From assembly GCA_038496445.1 (NCBI GenBank), contig JALMLS010000209.1, positions 1-43,116 of the forward strand: a stretch of DNA of 43,116 nucleotides, in the 5' to 3' direction. The position numbers were made by a program, and so were the translations under genes. Under the pieces are notes generated by a model. It saw only the letters and a list, made by a program, of their open reading frames with translations. It was not told where the DNA came from and did no database searches. Source of the DNA: Trichosphaerium sp. ATCC 40318. Lineage: Eukaryota > Protista > Tubulinea. Positions 1 to 10,460 of this stretch are shown one piece after another (position 1 is the stretch's first letter; every line of letters begins with the position of its first letter).

Positions 1-768
1 TGATGCCTGTGACTCATGTCAAAGACGCTATGCCTCCAGAAAAACATGAGGAGTTATTCTACGGTTGGGAAGTTGTTGTTAGTATTAGAGATGTACTGTC
101 TGATCTCATAGAAGAATTTAATGTACCTGTTTTAACAGAGCAAAATCTAATCAAATGTAAAAGACCTGCTACTTTGTTTTGTTTAGGCGCTATTATGGCT
201 TTTACGTGGATTATAAGGAATGACGTGAAACATAACGTTCCTAAGTACAAGTGGATGTCTGCTAAAATGTTACATCTTAGATTTCACAAGTAGCTTTCTT
301 TGACCATAGATCGTGAATCCTTTGATAAACCATCGTGGTTTGATACTGTCACTGCTGTATCTATTGTTAGAAGATTGGACGGTTCTCAAGTTTCCTTGGA
401 CTATGGTACTGTGGGTTCAGAGGAGTGGCTATTTAAGCGTAGGCAGCGCAATACTCCTGCATTTGCTATTGGTCATGGTATAGATGGTTTTACCAGAGAT
501 GGTACCGTTATTCTATCCAAGCATTTGGCTCCTTCACATAAAAAGCGTAAACCAAAACAAGTTAAACGAATTGGATTTATTGAGTGGGAAGATGATTACA
601 AATAATTAATATCCATTACACTGGCACATGGCCCTCCAAAATTGTGAGAACAAATTTCAGAGCCTGATCGGGCAAGCTGGGATGGTGATTTTTTTTCGAT
701 GTAATTATCTAGTAATTATTATGAATAAAGCAAGGCTACGGCGCTCGCCTCTTGTTTGAAAAAAAAAA
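1..768 (+). mobile_element. 3' end of a degenerate non-LTR retrotransposon (L1/Tx1-like ORF2 C-terminus, 3' UTR, poly(A))
   Basis: ORFs 3-293 and 300-605 share a frame and are separated by one TAG. They contain a decayed zinc-knuckle-like EKHEELFYGW and a WIIRN motif typical of L1/Tx1 ORF2 ends. These are followed by AATAAA (724), a GC-rich hairpin-like stretch and A10 (759-768). Confidence 0.55.
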
Positions 769-1076
769 CAACTGCTACCTTGGCAGTATTCTTTTACAAC
801 CGTTGCGGCACCCTGAGATGATTCTCACATAATATTTTTTGCAGAAAAGGGTAACAGGGCTACCTAGTACTCATGTTGTCATCAGAACAGCGCCGAAGGT
901 AGCTTTGCAGGCAGGAAAAAAACGTACATCAGTTTTTCAAGTTTTTGAGGCTTTTTGTCCTTCACCATTCCTTGAATCAGCCAACACCTGTATAGAGATG
1001 TACTCGCTGATAGATGGTATAACGCTGGAAGGTTATTAGGAAAGTACCTTGTTATTTTTTTTACGAAGTCGTTTTA

Positions 1077-1238
1077 TATGGTTTTTTTGAGCCAAAAACG
1101 AGGAATGTTTACAAATCTTTTTCTCATTGAAAATACAAAACACATGTATTGACATGTAGATCTGTTGTGGAAAAAATCAGAACTGAACTTGAATGTGTTT
1201 GCCATAAATGGTACCTTTCTTATTTTTTTCTGTATTTT
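1077..1238 (+). repeat. Third partial copy of the segment at ~11849-12011 and ~25957-26119
   Basis: Near-identical sequence (tatggtttttttgagccaaaaacgagg...ttttttctgtatttt) occurs at all three loci. Confidence 0.9.
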
Positions 1239-1330
1239 TGGATGAATATGTCACCATTTCAGGTGTTTGAATTCATGAGACCGAAGCTCAACATTGATCT
1301 CAACAGAAGACACATTAACACAATTAAACT

Positions 1331-2560
1331 ATGGCTAATATCAACAACAGTGGGCTGGCGAACCAATCAGAGCCGGCTAATAAATTAAACGCTATGCAAA
1401 AATATTGGATTAACGTGGCTATAAAAGCGCAAGACACGTTTGAAGACTTTATGAAGGTGGATCTCAACAAAAAGACACATGATGAGATTTATCAATTATT
1501 AAGCATCAACTTGGACCCAGACCGACAATTCGCGGGTACAGGGCTATGGAGCTTGATCAGAGAGCTAAAAAAGGACACCTTGGTGGAGATCTTAAGAAAA
1601 GTCCACAACTCAATTCAACAGGGTGTTTACCCCGACACGGGGTATCGCTAGGTAAGACTTATTTCCCAAAAGTTGATGGATCAACAATTTTTCTCCCACT
1701 CTACAGCGTTGAGCAGAAGGACGCACCAAAAGGATTTTTAACTAATCTTGGCCTCAGTATTAGAGAATTTTTGTCCCCTAAGCGGACGACAACAAAGAAA
1801 AACCGCAGTAACCCTCCAGACAATACTGAAAGTTCTTTTTTAGGTGTAGATCTTACTCAAGATCTCGATATTCAGTTACCAGTCGAGACACCTCCTACTA
1901 TAGCCCAACAACTGACCACTCCCGACCAGGTCAATTGGAAATAAGTGATACAACAACTAGCGATCACCAACCAACAACTCCAGCAGATGCTAACAGCAGC
2001 AAACGCATCTCAACATGTCCTTGCTTCTGAAAACAAGACGCTCCAAATAGAAGTGAGGAAGATGAAACAAAGGCAAGCTCAACTGGAAGCACATGCTACC
2101 TCCACTTGCCCCTCAACACAACTACCGGCTCAGTTACAACCTCAAGCGGATCCTCAACAACCTTCTCCGTTAACAGTACCTCAACTACCACCTGTGGCTC
2201 CTCAACAACCTCCCCACTGCCACAACCGCCTCTGCAGCCTCAAACTGCAGCAGCACAATCCAACCAAGCAGCCATACCCAGTACGTCATTGTATGACATG
2301 GCTAAAAAATTAGAGAACAGTCGTGTTGCTATGGAAGAAACTACACGTTTGTTGAACGAAGCTAACTTTAATTTTAAAGGTTCAAGCCCCACCTCCACCA
2401 ATCTTAATTTACAACCTGCTTTACCCAACTTTGCCTCTCACCCTGGACAAGTTTAAAACTATTCACGTGATTTTTAACAAAATCAGAAACAAAAATCATG
2501 TCTATTCTACCACCACAGTCATGGGTAGGATGAGATTTTTCAGTAAGAACTGCAACGTCA
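1331..2560 (+). pseudogene. Frameshifted coding region of unknown function (coiled coil plus Q/P/T-rich tract), possibly ORF1/gag-like of a mobile element
   Basis: A chain of overlapping or adjacent ORFs (1331-1651, 1546-1944, 1945-2313, 2106-2456) has protein-like composition and no introns. No diagnostic motif was recognised. Confidence 0.4.
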
Positions 2561-2626
2561 GAAAATCCCAACAAACAAATGTTTCTATAAATTTCTTTGT
2601 CCAAATTGTTTTTATTAATGCGTAAA

Positions 2627-3360
2627 TGCGTACCGCAGTGGAGTATTCCAACCAGCAGAAAAGCATTACTCTGTCACAGAATGTGAATGTTTAGCCATTG
2701 CAGACAGGTTCAAAAAGTTTAGATGTCACTAATGGGTACTTTACCGTTATCACAGACCACCACAGTCTTAACTGTTACTGAACATTAAAAACTCGACTGT
2801 ACCGATTGGCTAGACGGATAATGAAACTTCAAGAACTGGATTTTGAAGACGATATCGACCAGGACATGTTCATAGTAACGCTGATGCACTATCAAGACCA
2901 CCTATTATTGTTCATGTTAACAACATTTTAGATATCTAAAATGGTGTTCTGTTATCACATGTGCAGACACAATCAACGCATAAATTACATACAATCAAGT
3001 GATAGTTCCCAAGAATCTACAACACTTAGTTTTCCGCATGTGCTACTATGATAAACTTAGTGGACACTTAGGCTTGACGAGACGTTTTACAAACTCAGAA
3101 TTAGATATTATTGGCAAGGATACTACGCTGACACTAAAAATTGGATCAAGGAATGTCCTAAATGCCTGCCAAGAAAACAAGACGACCTACGATTAGAAGA
3201 ATGTGATGAGGTAATTGCTCCATTCAAAATAGTAGCAGATTTGGCTGGAACAGCTTCCAACCACGGGCTACATCATTTTATTCTCAGATTACTTACACTT
3301 TGGGTTGAAGCGTTTCCCTTAGAAAGTACTAGTACTGAAGTTGATATAAACGCTTCACAT
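2627..3360 (+). pseudogene. Degenerate Ty3/Gypsy RNase H-integrase remnant (duplicate of 23781-24560)
   Basis: Motifs EKHYSVTECECLAI, ITDHHSL, HSNADALSR and SGHLG, broken by stops and frameshifts. Confidence 0.85.
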
Positions 3361-3646
3361 TGAACTGACAGTATCTTGCAGCACGAAACAAAAATTAAAG
3401 TATGCCTAGCGTTATGTAACAACGCGTTTCTTACAAAGTTTTAAATAAAAGATAATCACAGTGAAAAGGCTTGAGGTTTGTTAGCATCGTAAAGGCTTGC
3501 TGTCGCTGCGCCTAATTTTTTTCTTTTCGAACCCCTGTGCGTCTAAGTGGCAGCAAGATTTCAGTACTGCAGTGTAGGTTGAGGAGCAAGTGATTTGACG
3601 AGATGTCGCTCAGAAATCATCAGAAAAGCGTACAGTGATAGAGCGA

Positions 3647-3829
3647 TGTAACGATTAGAATTCGTATGGAACTCGGAGAGAACTCATACTGAATCACAAG
3701 AAGAACAATCAATGACAAGTATAAATTATACGAAATTTCCCTTGAATTTCTATCAGTTACCTTTCCCGACTAAGCCTGTAAATATTAATAAATTACAACT
3801 TACAAACGCATCACAACTGTTCTGTTACA
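3647..3829 (+). repeat. 5' LTR (183 bp)
   Basis: TGTAAC...GTTACA, identical by eye to 10278-10460. Confidence 0.97.
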
Positions 3830-3830
3830 T

Positions 3831-3848
3831 TGGCGACACGATACGGAT
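3831..3848 (+). promoter_or_regulatory. Primer binding site TGGCGACACGATACGGAT
   Basis: TGG begins 1 nt after the 5' LTR and is complementary to a tRNA 3' end (...TCGTGTCG-CCA, discriminator G). The tRNA identity was not determined. Confidence 0.85.
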
Positions 3849-3962
3849 TTAAAACCTATAGTAAACTATTGAACAAAATTTACGGCATATATCGTTGTAG
3901 GCTCGGTTTAATAAGCCTACCAGAACCGCTACGTAATTTCATCTTTGACCCCTCATTAAGAT

Positions 3963-5033
3963 ATGTCTCAGGAAGTATCACAAATGGAAGTAGATAAATT
4001 AGCTAAGGATCTCCATCTCAAAATGACAGAAGAAGGCGCACGACATGACAGACAAAGAATACGTAATAGGCGTAAGTCTATGGTCCCGCAGTTTACAAAC
4101 AGCCCTCATAAGTGGAGACATGACGAAAAGGAAGCCGAAAAACTACTAAAAACACCGGAAAATCCTATTGAAGCTATTGTCAGGATGAGACAAATAATGC
4201 GAACCAATACAATACCAGAGGATTTGCCTACCTTCTCTGGAGAAGCACATGAAAACATAGACGAGTGGCTACATCAAATGGCTTTACATTGTAAAGTTAA
4301 TCAATGGTCAGAAGATGAATATATTTTGGCATTAGGAAAGAACCTACGACAAGGTGCATTACAAGCTTGGGGAGAGTTGTCACCAGAGGATATGAAGAAT
4401 CCAGAATCAGTGATTGGTTGTCTACTAGAAGCATATGGTACTGTTGGTGATCGTTCAGATAGGTTACTGGAGAATTTTGAAAATGCTCAGCAAGGATCGC
4501 TTACAGTACAAAATTACTATCATAAGCTGAAACATTTGGCAAGGATAGCAAATCTCGATTTGAATCTTGGAGCAAATGCTCAGTGGTTCATCAGGATTTT
4601 TAGAAAAGGCCTGAATTCAAATATTCGTACATCAATTGATCACAAGGACTTTAATACAATTGAAGGATTATTGCACGTAGCAAAGATGAAGGAAAAGAAA
4701 CTCAGGCAAAAAGCACATAATACAGTGAATTCTTTGCAAACAGCTGAGATTGCGGAATTGGTGATTGCAGCCATTCAGAGTAGATATAAACCAACTCAAC
4801 AAGAAAACAGTGACAGACGAAGATGTTTTATTTGTGGCAAACCTAACCACTTGGCAAAGAATTGTTATTACAATAACAAGAACCAAAATCGCACTCCTAA
4901 AAGGAGGTTTAAAGGCAAATGCAGCTATTGTGGCATTCAAGGACACACAGAAGCAAATTGCTACAAAAAACATCCAGAAAAGCGGCCCAACCGACGACCT
5001 AGAGGTAAAGGTGGTCGCAACACAAAAAACTAG
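3963..5033 (+). CDS. gag: Gag (capsid domain plus two CCHC zinc knuckles)
   Basis: 356-aa ORF with LPTFSG...IDEWL capsid motif and knuckles CFICGKPNHLAKNC and CSYCGIQGHTEANC. Confidence 0.95.
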   Translation: MSQEVSQMEVDKLAKDLHLKMTEEGARHDRQRIRNRRKSMVPQFTNSPHKWRHDEKEAEKLLKTPENPIEAIVRMRQIMRTNTIPEDLPTFSGEAHENIDEWLHQMALHCKVNQWSEDEYILALGKNLRQGALQAWGELSPEDMKNPESVIGCLLEAYGTVGDRSDRLLENFENAQQGSLTVQNYYHKLKHLARIANLDLNLGANAQWFIRIFRKGLNSNIRTSIDHKDFNTIEGLLHVAKMKEKKLRQKAHNTVNSLQTAEIAELVIAAIQSRYKPTQQENSDRRRCFICGKPNHLAKNCYYNNKNQNRTPKRRFKGKCSYCGIQGHTEANCYKKHPEKRPNRRPRGKGGRNTKN

Positions 5034-5086
5034 AGGATAGTGCTGATAAGAGCCCTATCAGCGCTTCAATTGAAGAAAATGGGCTC
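5024..5086 (+). promoter_or_regulatory. -1 programmed ribosomal frameshift signal (A AAA AAC plus H-type pseudoknot)
   Basis: The slippery heptamer at 5024-5030 lies just before the gag TAG, and the -1 frame is open into the protease. Stem 1 is 5039-5048/5056-5065. Loop GAGCCC (5050-5055) pairs with GGGCTC (5081-5086). Confidence 0.85.
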
Positions 5087-5336
5087 AAGTCACGTGATGA
5101 CATTTCAAAACACGTGACATCACAAACCGCACCTTCACAGATGTCCGGAATCCCTATGAACGCTATTTCCGTATCAGCAACAACTTTTGAAGAGAACCTA
5201 CCTAAAAACGCATCAGCTTGGCATTGTTACGCCAAACATGGACCTGTACACATCAAATCTTTGTGTGACACCGGTTCACCGGTTAGTTTAATTAACTTTG
5301 ATTTAGTTAAGACGTTAGGTTATTTAAAACACTTAA
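5030..5336 (+). CDS. pol: Pol N-terminal part: linker and first half of the aspartic protease
   Basis: LCDTGSPVSLI active-site motif. It joins in frame to the downstream pol sequence if the insertion and one TTAA are removed. Confidence 0.9.
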
Positions 5337-6452
5337 GGGGGCACTCTGAGTGATTTTTGACTAATATTTCAGAACTGATTTTTATGCTTGTAAGCCATTG
5401 TTTTTTTTGATTTTTTTTTTGAAGGGCTCCACAATGGCAAGTTTAATCTGTAGTAAAAGATTCATTTGAATGCAGGGCTTGGTGAATGAGTTTGTTATGA
5501 TGAAAATTTTTCACTTTGTAGTACGGAAGGGTACGGAACCCATCTTTTCATCATATGTCCCCTATACAACTGAAAGCTTATTGTGAAAATATGAGCATGG
5601 TGAGTTATGGTGACTATGAGATGTTAACAATTTTATAGCAAAAAACTAAAGATTTTATCTTTGTTTGCCAACACTTGATCAATTAATGTTTGCCTTTGTC
5701 TGTCATAAGAATCTTTCTTGGCCTTAAAAATGCTTTTAAGGTACTAATTGTGACATTTACTTTTGTTTCACCATTGTCTAAGGTTAATATTTCTCATGTT
5801 TTGAACTCATGGTTTGTGTTTTTTCTTGCTTTCCATATATGTCTCCAGCTGCTTAGAAATACCAGCTTTTTTTTGTTTTTTAATCTTTTTAGTGTGTTTA
5901 ATGCATTTTACTGCATTTTATAACTGTCAGAGGCCTTGCATTTCTTATCTTGTTTTGTAAAGTAATCCAATATTTCTAATTTGTGATTTTGAATAATCAG
6001 TAATTTCAAGACATAATTGCTGCAATACATGCTTGTGCAAATCAACCTTGCTTCATTGTTTTCAACAACAAATGCATGAATACAAAGAGTAAAGTTGGCT
6101 TTATAATTGATAAGTTTAGAAACCCATTTTAGCTTAGCATTGTTGAGAGACTCAACATAACAAATATTTTTTGCCATGAATAAATGTGTTTACTTGTTTG
6201 GTGATAAACTCAATCACCTCAAAATGATGCCTTTACCAGAGAATAACCATTAAATAAGTTAATAAACCATCACTTAACATTTATTTCCCAACAAAAGTTT
6301 TGGCAAAAAAACAATTCACATTTTTGTATTACAAATTGTGAGCTTGAGAGTGAACATAATCAAACGAAACCACTGCCAATCAAACCGCAGCATCATTTTA
6401 CACCATGTGGGTGTCTTTGCACAAATTTTTTTTCTGACTCTAGAGTGCACCC
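5337..6452 (-). mobile_element. Non-autonomous Kolobok-like DNA transposon (1116 bp) with transposase C-terminal remnant
   Basis: TTAA TSD at 5333-5336 and 6453-6456. Termini are GGGGGCACTCTGAGT and ACTCTAGAGTGCACCC (RR...YY ends). The minus strand reads FIHGK/NICYVESLNNAKLKWVSK across a frameshift, resembling the LHG.T.N..ES.N motif. Confidence 0.8.
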
Positions 6453-9400
6453 TTAAAACCTTTTAACTTACCTGTTTTTGCTGCTAACAAACAAAAGTTA
6501 AACGTTGCTGGAGTTCTAGAATTGGAATTAGCTTTTGACGATGACGTGAAATTTTCACCTTCTTTTTTAGTGACAAAGGATATCCCACATGAGATTATTT
6601 TTGGTACAGATACGATTAGTGCCTTAGGAGGAAACTTGGACATTGACAAACGAGTTTGGACTCTTAGAAGTGGTTATAAAGTTGCTCTATTTGATGATGA
6701 AGATAGACACACTTGTTTCGTCTATGCTCCAGATACATTTTTGCTTCCAGCAAGATCACAAACAGTGCTTTCGGCACCTATCAGAGACAAGTCAAAATAT
6801 GGGATAGATGGACGAACAGTCATCACAGAAGGTATTCAAAGCGGTAGAAGAAGATACAGAGCAGGAAATTCTGTATGCACAGTTAGAAAGGGAACAGCAA
6901 TAGTTACTTTGGGTAACTTTACTGAACAAGATATTTACATTAACAAAGGAGAACGTATTGGGAAACTACAAACAGTTGTAGCTGCACCAATTGCAGTGGA
7001 GACGAAGGGTATATCAGAAGAAGAGTTAGAAAAAGTTCCAATTGAAGACGTACGATGGGTGAAAGAACATTGCAAATTTAACAAGAATCTCAAGTCTGTA
7101 CAACTTGACAGAATCATTCGTGTTGTTGCACACTTTCGCGATCGTTTTGCAGGGAAAGATGACAAACCAGGCCTGGTATCAAATGTCAAGCATAGAATAG
7201 AAATCCCTGAAGGCACCAAACCAGTTCACATGATGCCGTATAGAGTTTCACCACAGGATGCTAAAATTATTAAGGAACAGTTAGAAAGCATGCTAAAGAA
7301 TGAGGTTATTCGGCCCTCCAAGTCAGAGTGGGCCAGCCCTGTGGTATTGGTTAACAAAAACGATGGTACTAAGCGCTTTTGTGCTGATTACCGAGCAGTC
7401 AATAAGTTAACGAAGAAGGATGTATACCCAGTCCCTAATATTACAGACACACTTCACTCACTGGCAGGATCAGTGCTATTTTCAAAGGTAGATGGAAGAA
7501 GTGGGTATTGGCAGATCGAAAATCACGAGGAGAGTATTGATAAGACTGCCTTTACAACTAAGGAAGGACTTTTTGAGTTTCTCAGGATGCCATTTGGATT
7601 GGCAAACGCACCAGCAACATTTCAAAGATTTATGGATGTCTTACTGTCTGGACTACGTTGGCAATGTTGTTTGGTATATTTGGATGATGTGATAATATTT
7701 TCGAGAACATTTGAAGAACATTTACAACACTTGGCTTTGGTTTTTACGCGTTTCAGAGATGCCGGCTATCAGTTGAAACCATCTAAGTGTGAATTTGGAT
7801 TGGAAGAGATAGAATATCTTGGTCATATTGTGGGTAGGTACGGAATTAAGCCTAACCCCAAATCAGTAGAATCAATTTCAAAGATGGGCAAACCTAAAGG
7901 CCCTAAAGAAGTTAAACGTTTCCTTGGAATGGTTGGCTACTATAGCGACCACATTAAAGACTTACAGCAGATTACAACACCTCTAAAGAAGTTAACAATG
8001 AAGAACGTACCATGGTTTTGGTCAGATGAATGTCAGAAGGTTATGGATTTATTGAAGAAGAAGTTAATGTCAGCACCAGTGCTGGCATATCCAGATTTCA
8101 AAAAGAAGTTTATATTACAAACAGATGCCTCAAATGACGCCTATTCAGCTATACTTTCACAAAAAGGTGATGATGGAAAAGAACATGTCATATCGTATTG
8201 GAGTAAGACATATACACCAGCAGAAAAGAAGTACCCTACCTACTACCAAGAACTTTTGGCAGTAGTACGTGGTGCTATGCACTATAAACATTTCTTACAA
8301 AATGGCTTGAAGAATGATTTTGTTACGGATCACAAACCCCTCACTTGGTTGATGACTCAGAAACACCCTAAAGGAAAATGCTTGAATTGGTTATTGGACT
8401 TACAACAATTCTCGTTTCAGGTGATACATAGAGCTGGTAAGAATCACACTAATGCAGACGCTCTTACAAGGTCTCCATTTTATGCCTGCCCTACGATCAT
8501 ACAGAAGAAACTTACACAGAAGATAAACCGACTACAGGATCCGCAGGAAAGTCAAATTACAAATACACCGTTGGCTGTGCTTTTAAACATGCAAGCACAT
8601 GATAATTTTTGTTCAAAGAAGATATTGGCACTCTCAAACCAAACATTGACTCATGGACGATTTACGTTAAACCCAGATGGCATATTGGTTAGATTAAGGC
8701 AGAACATTGCTTTACCGATTGATAATAAGATTCCTTTTGAAAGATTTAACCCTAAGGACTGGCTCATCGTTGTACCTGAATCACTACGTTCTGATGTATT
8801 ATATTCAGTACACGATGACATTACTTCAGCTCACCTTGGAATTACAAAAACCTATCAGAAGTTATTGCAACGATTTTGGTGGCCTCACATGATAGAAGAT
8901 GCTAAAGATTGGATTAACTCTTGTCCTCAATGTCAAAAAGGCAAGAAAAGACGGCAACAACCTCATGGTAAACCTGGACAGTTTATGATTTTCTCAGAAC
9001 CATTTGAACAAATTGCTGTAGATATACTTGGACCATTTCACAGGACAGATAACGGTAACACTCACATTGTGGTATTTCAAGACTACATGACAAAGTACCC
9101 AGAAGTTTTCGCTGTATGTGACACCTCAGCAAAGCACATTGCACACCTTTATGTAGACGAAATTATCTGTAGACATGGAACACCAGGATCAATACTTTCA
9201 GACAGAGGAACAAACTTAAACCTATCAAAGATTATTTCAGAAGTCAACGATTTATTAGATGTGGAAAGAAGATTGACATCGAGTTATCACCCTCAAACAG
9301 ATGGAATGGTGGAAAGAATGAATTCAACATTGCTCTCTATGATTATGACACTTAAAGACAAACACAGAAGTGATTGGGATGTATACTTACCCCAGCTGTT

Positions 9401-9683
9401 ATTTGCTTATAGAACAGCTGTACACGAATCAACAGGACAGACACCATTTAAGTTGATATATGGACGTGATGCTAGATTTCCTATAGACTTGAATTTCAAA
9501 ACTGGACTAACAAGGACATCACTTAAAGCTACAACAATCAGAGGACAATATTATGAACGATTTAAACAAACACGTGATTTAGCTAGACAACACAAAAGAA
9601 GAAAACGAAGAAGATGGAAGACAATTACAATCAGAGAAGAACAGAAGAAATATTTACAGTTGGAGATGAAGTTTTATTATTAA
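6453..9683 (+). CDS. pol: Pol: second half of protease, dUTPase-like linker, reverse transcriptase, RNase H, integrase core
   Basis: RT motifs RFCADYRAVN, MPFGLANAPATFQ and YLDD; RNase H TDAS...TDH; integrase HHCC and D,D(35)E (VDILG, SDRG, ERMN). Confidence 0.97.
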   Translation, partial: LKPFNLPVFAANKQKLNVAGVLELELAFDDDVKFSPSFLVTKDIPHEIIFGTDTISALGGNLDIDKRVWTLRSGYKVALFDDEDRHTCFVYAPDTFLLPARSQTVLSAPIRDKSKYGIDGRTVITEGIQSGRRRYRAGNSVCTVRKGTAIVTLGNFTEQDIYINKGERIGKLQTVVAAPIAVETKGISEEELEKVPIEDVRWVKEHCKFNKNLKSVQLDRIIRVVAHFRDRFAGKDDKPGLVSNVKHRIEIPEGTKPVHMMPYRVSPQDAKIIKEQLESMLKNEVIRPSKSEWASPVVLVNKNDGTKRFCADYRAVNKLTKKDVYPVPNITDTLHSLAGSVLFSKVDGRSGYWQIENHEESIDKTAFTTKEGLFEFLRMPFGLANAPATFQRFMDVLLSGLRWQCCLVYLDDVIIFSRTFEEHLQHLALVFTRFRDAGYQLKPSKCEFGLEEIEYLGHIVGRYGIKPNPKSVESISKMGKPKGPKEVKRFLGMVGYYSDHIKDLQQITTPLKKLTMKNVPWFWSDECQKVMDLLKKKLMSAPVLAYPDFKKKFILQTDASNDAYSAILSQKGDDGKEHVISYWSKTYTPAEKKYPTYYQELLAVVRGAMHYKHFLQNGLKNDFVTDHKPLTWLMTQKHPKGKCLNWLLDLQQFSFQVIHRAGKNHTNADALTRSPFYACPTIIQKKLTQKINRLQDPQESQITNTPLAVLLNMQAHDNFCSKKILALSNQTLTHGRFTLNPDGILVRLRQNIALPIDNKIPFERFNPKDWLIVVPESLRSDVLYSVHDDITSAHLGITKTYQKLLQRFWWPHMIEDAKDWINSCPQCQKGKKRRQQPHGKPGQFMIFSEPFEQIAVDILGPFHRTDNGNTHIVVFQDYMTKYPEVFAVCDTSAKHIAHLYVDEIICRHGTPGSILSDRGTNLNLSKIISEVNDLLDVERRLTSSYHPQTDGMVERMNSTLLSMIMTLKDKHRSDWDVYLPQLLFAYRTAVHESTGQTPFKLIYGRDARFPIDLNFKTGLTRTSLKATTIRGQYYERFKQTRDLARQHKRRKRRRWKTITIREEQKKYLQLEMKFYY

Positions 9684-10282
9684 GGAAAAGTTACAAGACT
9701 AAAGAAAACCACAAATTGGCACAACGATGGCTAGGACCTTATGCTATAAAAAAGATTAACCCAGTTTCAAAACTATCATACAAACTAGAAGAAATCAAAG
9801 GAGGTATGAGATTAAAACTACCTAATGCTTGGTATCCCATTCAAAGACTAAGACGACATTACAATTCTACATTGAGAAACACCAAACCTATTTTACAGTC
9901 AGAAGATGAAATTCGCGATGATTCTGATGATTATAAGATGGATGATAAGGTAGAAGACAACAGAGATGAACTACAGAACTTTAAAAAAGAGAGGGAGGAA
10001 ATGGATAAAGACGTCTATCCTGAAAATATGAAGAACTTAAAAGATATAATACAACAAATATACAACTCCCTGGAAAAGAAACAATACAAGTCAATCTCAC
10101 GTTTTAAGAAGACAATTACTGATAACTTAGAAACTTTTTGTAGAACAAGTGATCGACACACTGTTCAAAGGATGGTTAAGAAGACAAGATATCAGAACGG
10201 ATTAAGGATGGTTTTATACGCTATTCTTGATGACTTTACAAATCTCTTTGCAAGAGAATTCATTAAGGAGGGAGGAATGTAA
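9614..10282 (+). CDS. pol: Integrase C-terminal region (GPY/F module plus extension), frameshifted from pol
   Basis: FTVGDEVLL and KLAQRWLGPY motifs. The frame changes in an A-rich tract at ~9590-9613, and the stop codon overlaps the 3' LTR start. Confidence 0.88.
   Translation: MEDNYNQRRTEEIFTVGDEVLLLRKSYKTKENHKLAQRWLGPYAIKKINPVSKLSYKLEEIKGGMRLKLPNAWYPIQRLRRHYNSTLRNTKPILQSEDEIRDDSDDYKMDDKVEDNRDELQNFKKEREEMDKDVYPENMKNLKDIIQQIYNSLEKKQYKSISRFKKTITDNLETFCRTSDRHTVQRMVKKTRYQNGLRMVLYAILDDFTNLFAREFIKEGGM
10265..10277 (+). promoter_or_regulatory. Polypurine tract AAGGAGGGAGGAA
   Basis: Purine run immediately 5' of the 3' LTR. Confidence 0.92.
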
Positions 10283-10460
10283 CGATTAGAATTCGTATGG
10301 AACTCGGAGAGAACTCATACTGAATCACAAGAAGAACAATCAATGACAAGTATAAATTATACGAAATTTCCCTTGAATTTCTATCAGTTACCTTTCCCGA
10401 CTAAGCCTGTAAATATTAATAAATTACAACTTACAAACGCATCACAACTGTTCTGTTACA
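10278..10460 (+). repeat. 3' LTR (183 bp)
   Basis: Identical to the 5' LTR and followed by TSD AGCGA. Confidence 0.97.

Larger units (their letters stand above)
3647..10460 (+). mobile_element. Full-length young Ty3/Gypsy LTR retrotransposon, disrupted by a nested DNA transposon
   Basis: Identical TG...CA LTRs, 5-bp TSD AGCGA (3642-3646 and 10461-10465), PBS, PPT, gag, and pol in PR-RT-RH-IN order. The empty paralogous site is at 24870-24874. Confidence 0.97.

Noticed and set aside
3831-3860. tRNA gene on the minus strand
   Set aside because: Only the tRNA 3'-end complement (PBS) is present, with no cloverleaf.
5337-6452. piggyBac assignment or an intron in pol
   Set aside because: The termini are GGG...CCC instead of CCC...GGG, and the boundaries are a TTAA duplication with TIRs, not splice sites.
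4668-8892. Short antisense or alternative-frame ORFs inside gag and pol
   Set aside because: They are shadows of the retroelement reading frames with no independent motifs.
9614-10282. env-like third ORF or chromodomain
   Set aside because: It contains the integrase GPY/F module, and has no signal peptide, transmembrane segment or chromodomain motif.
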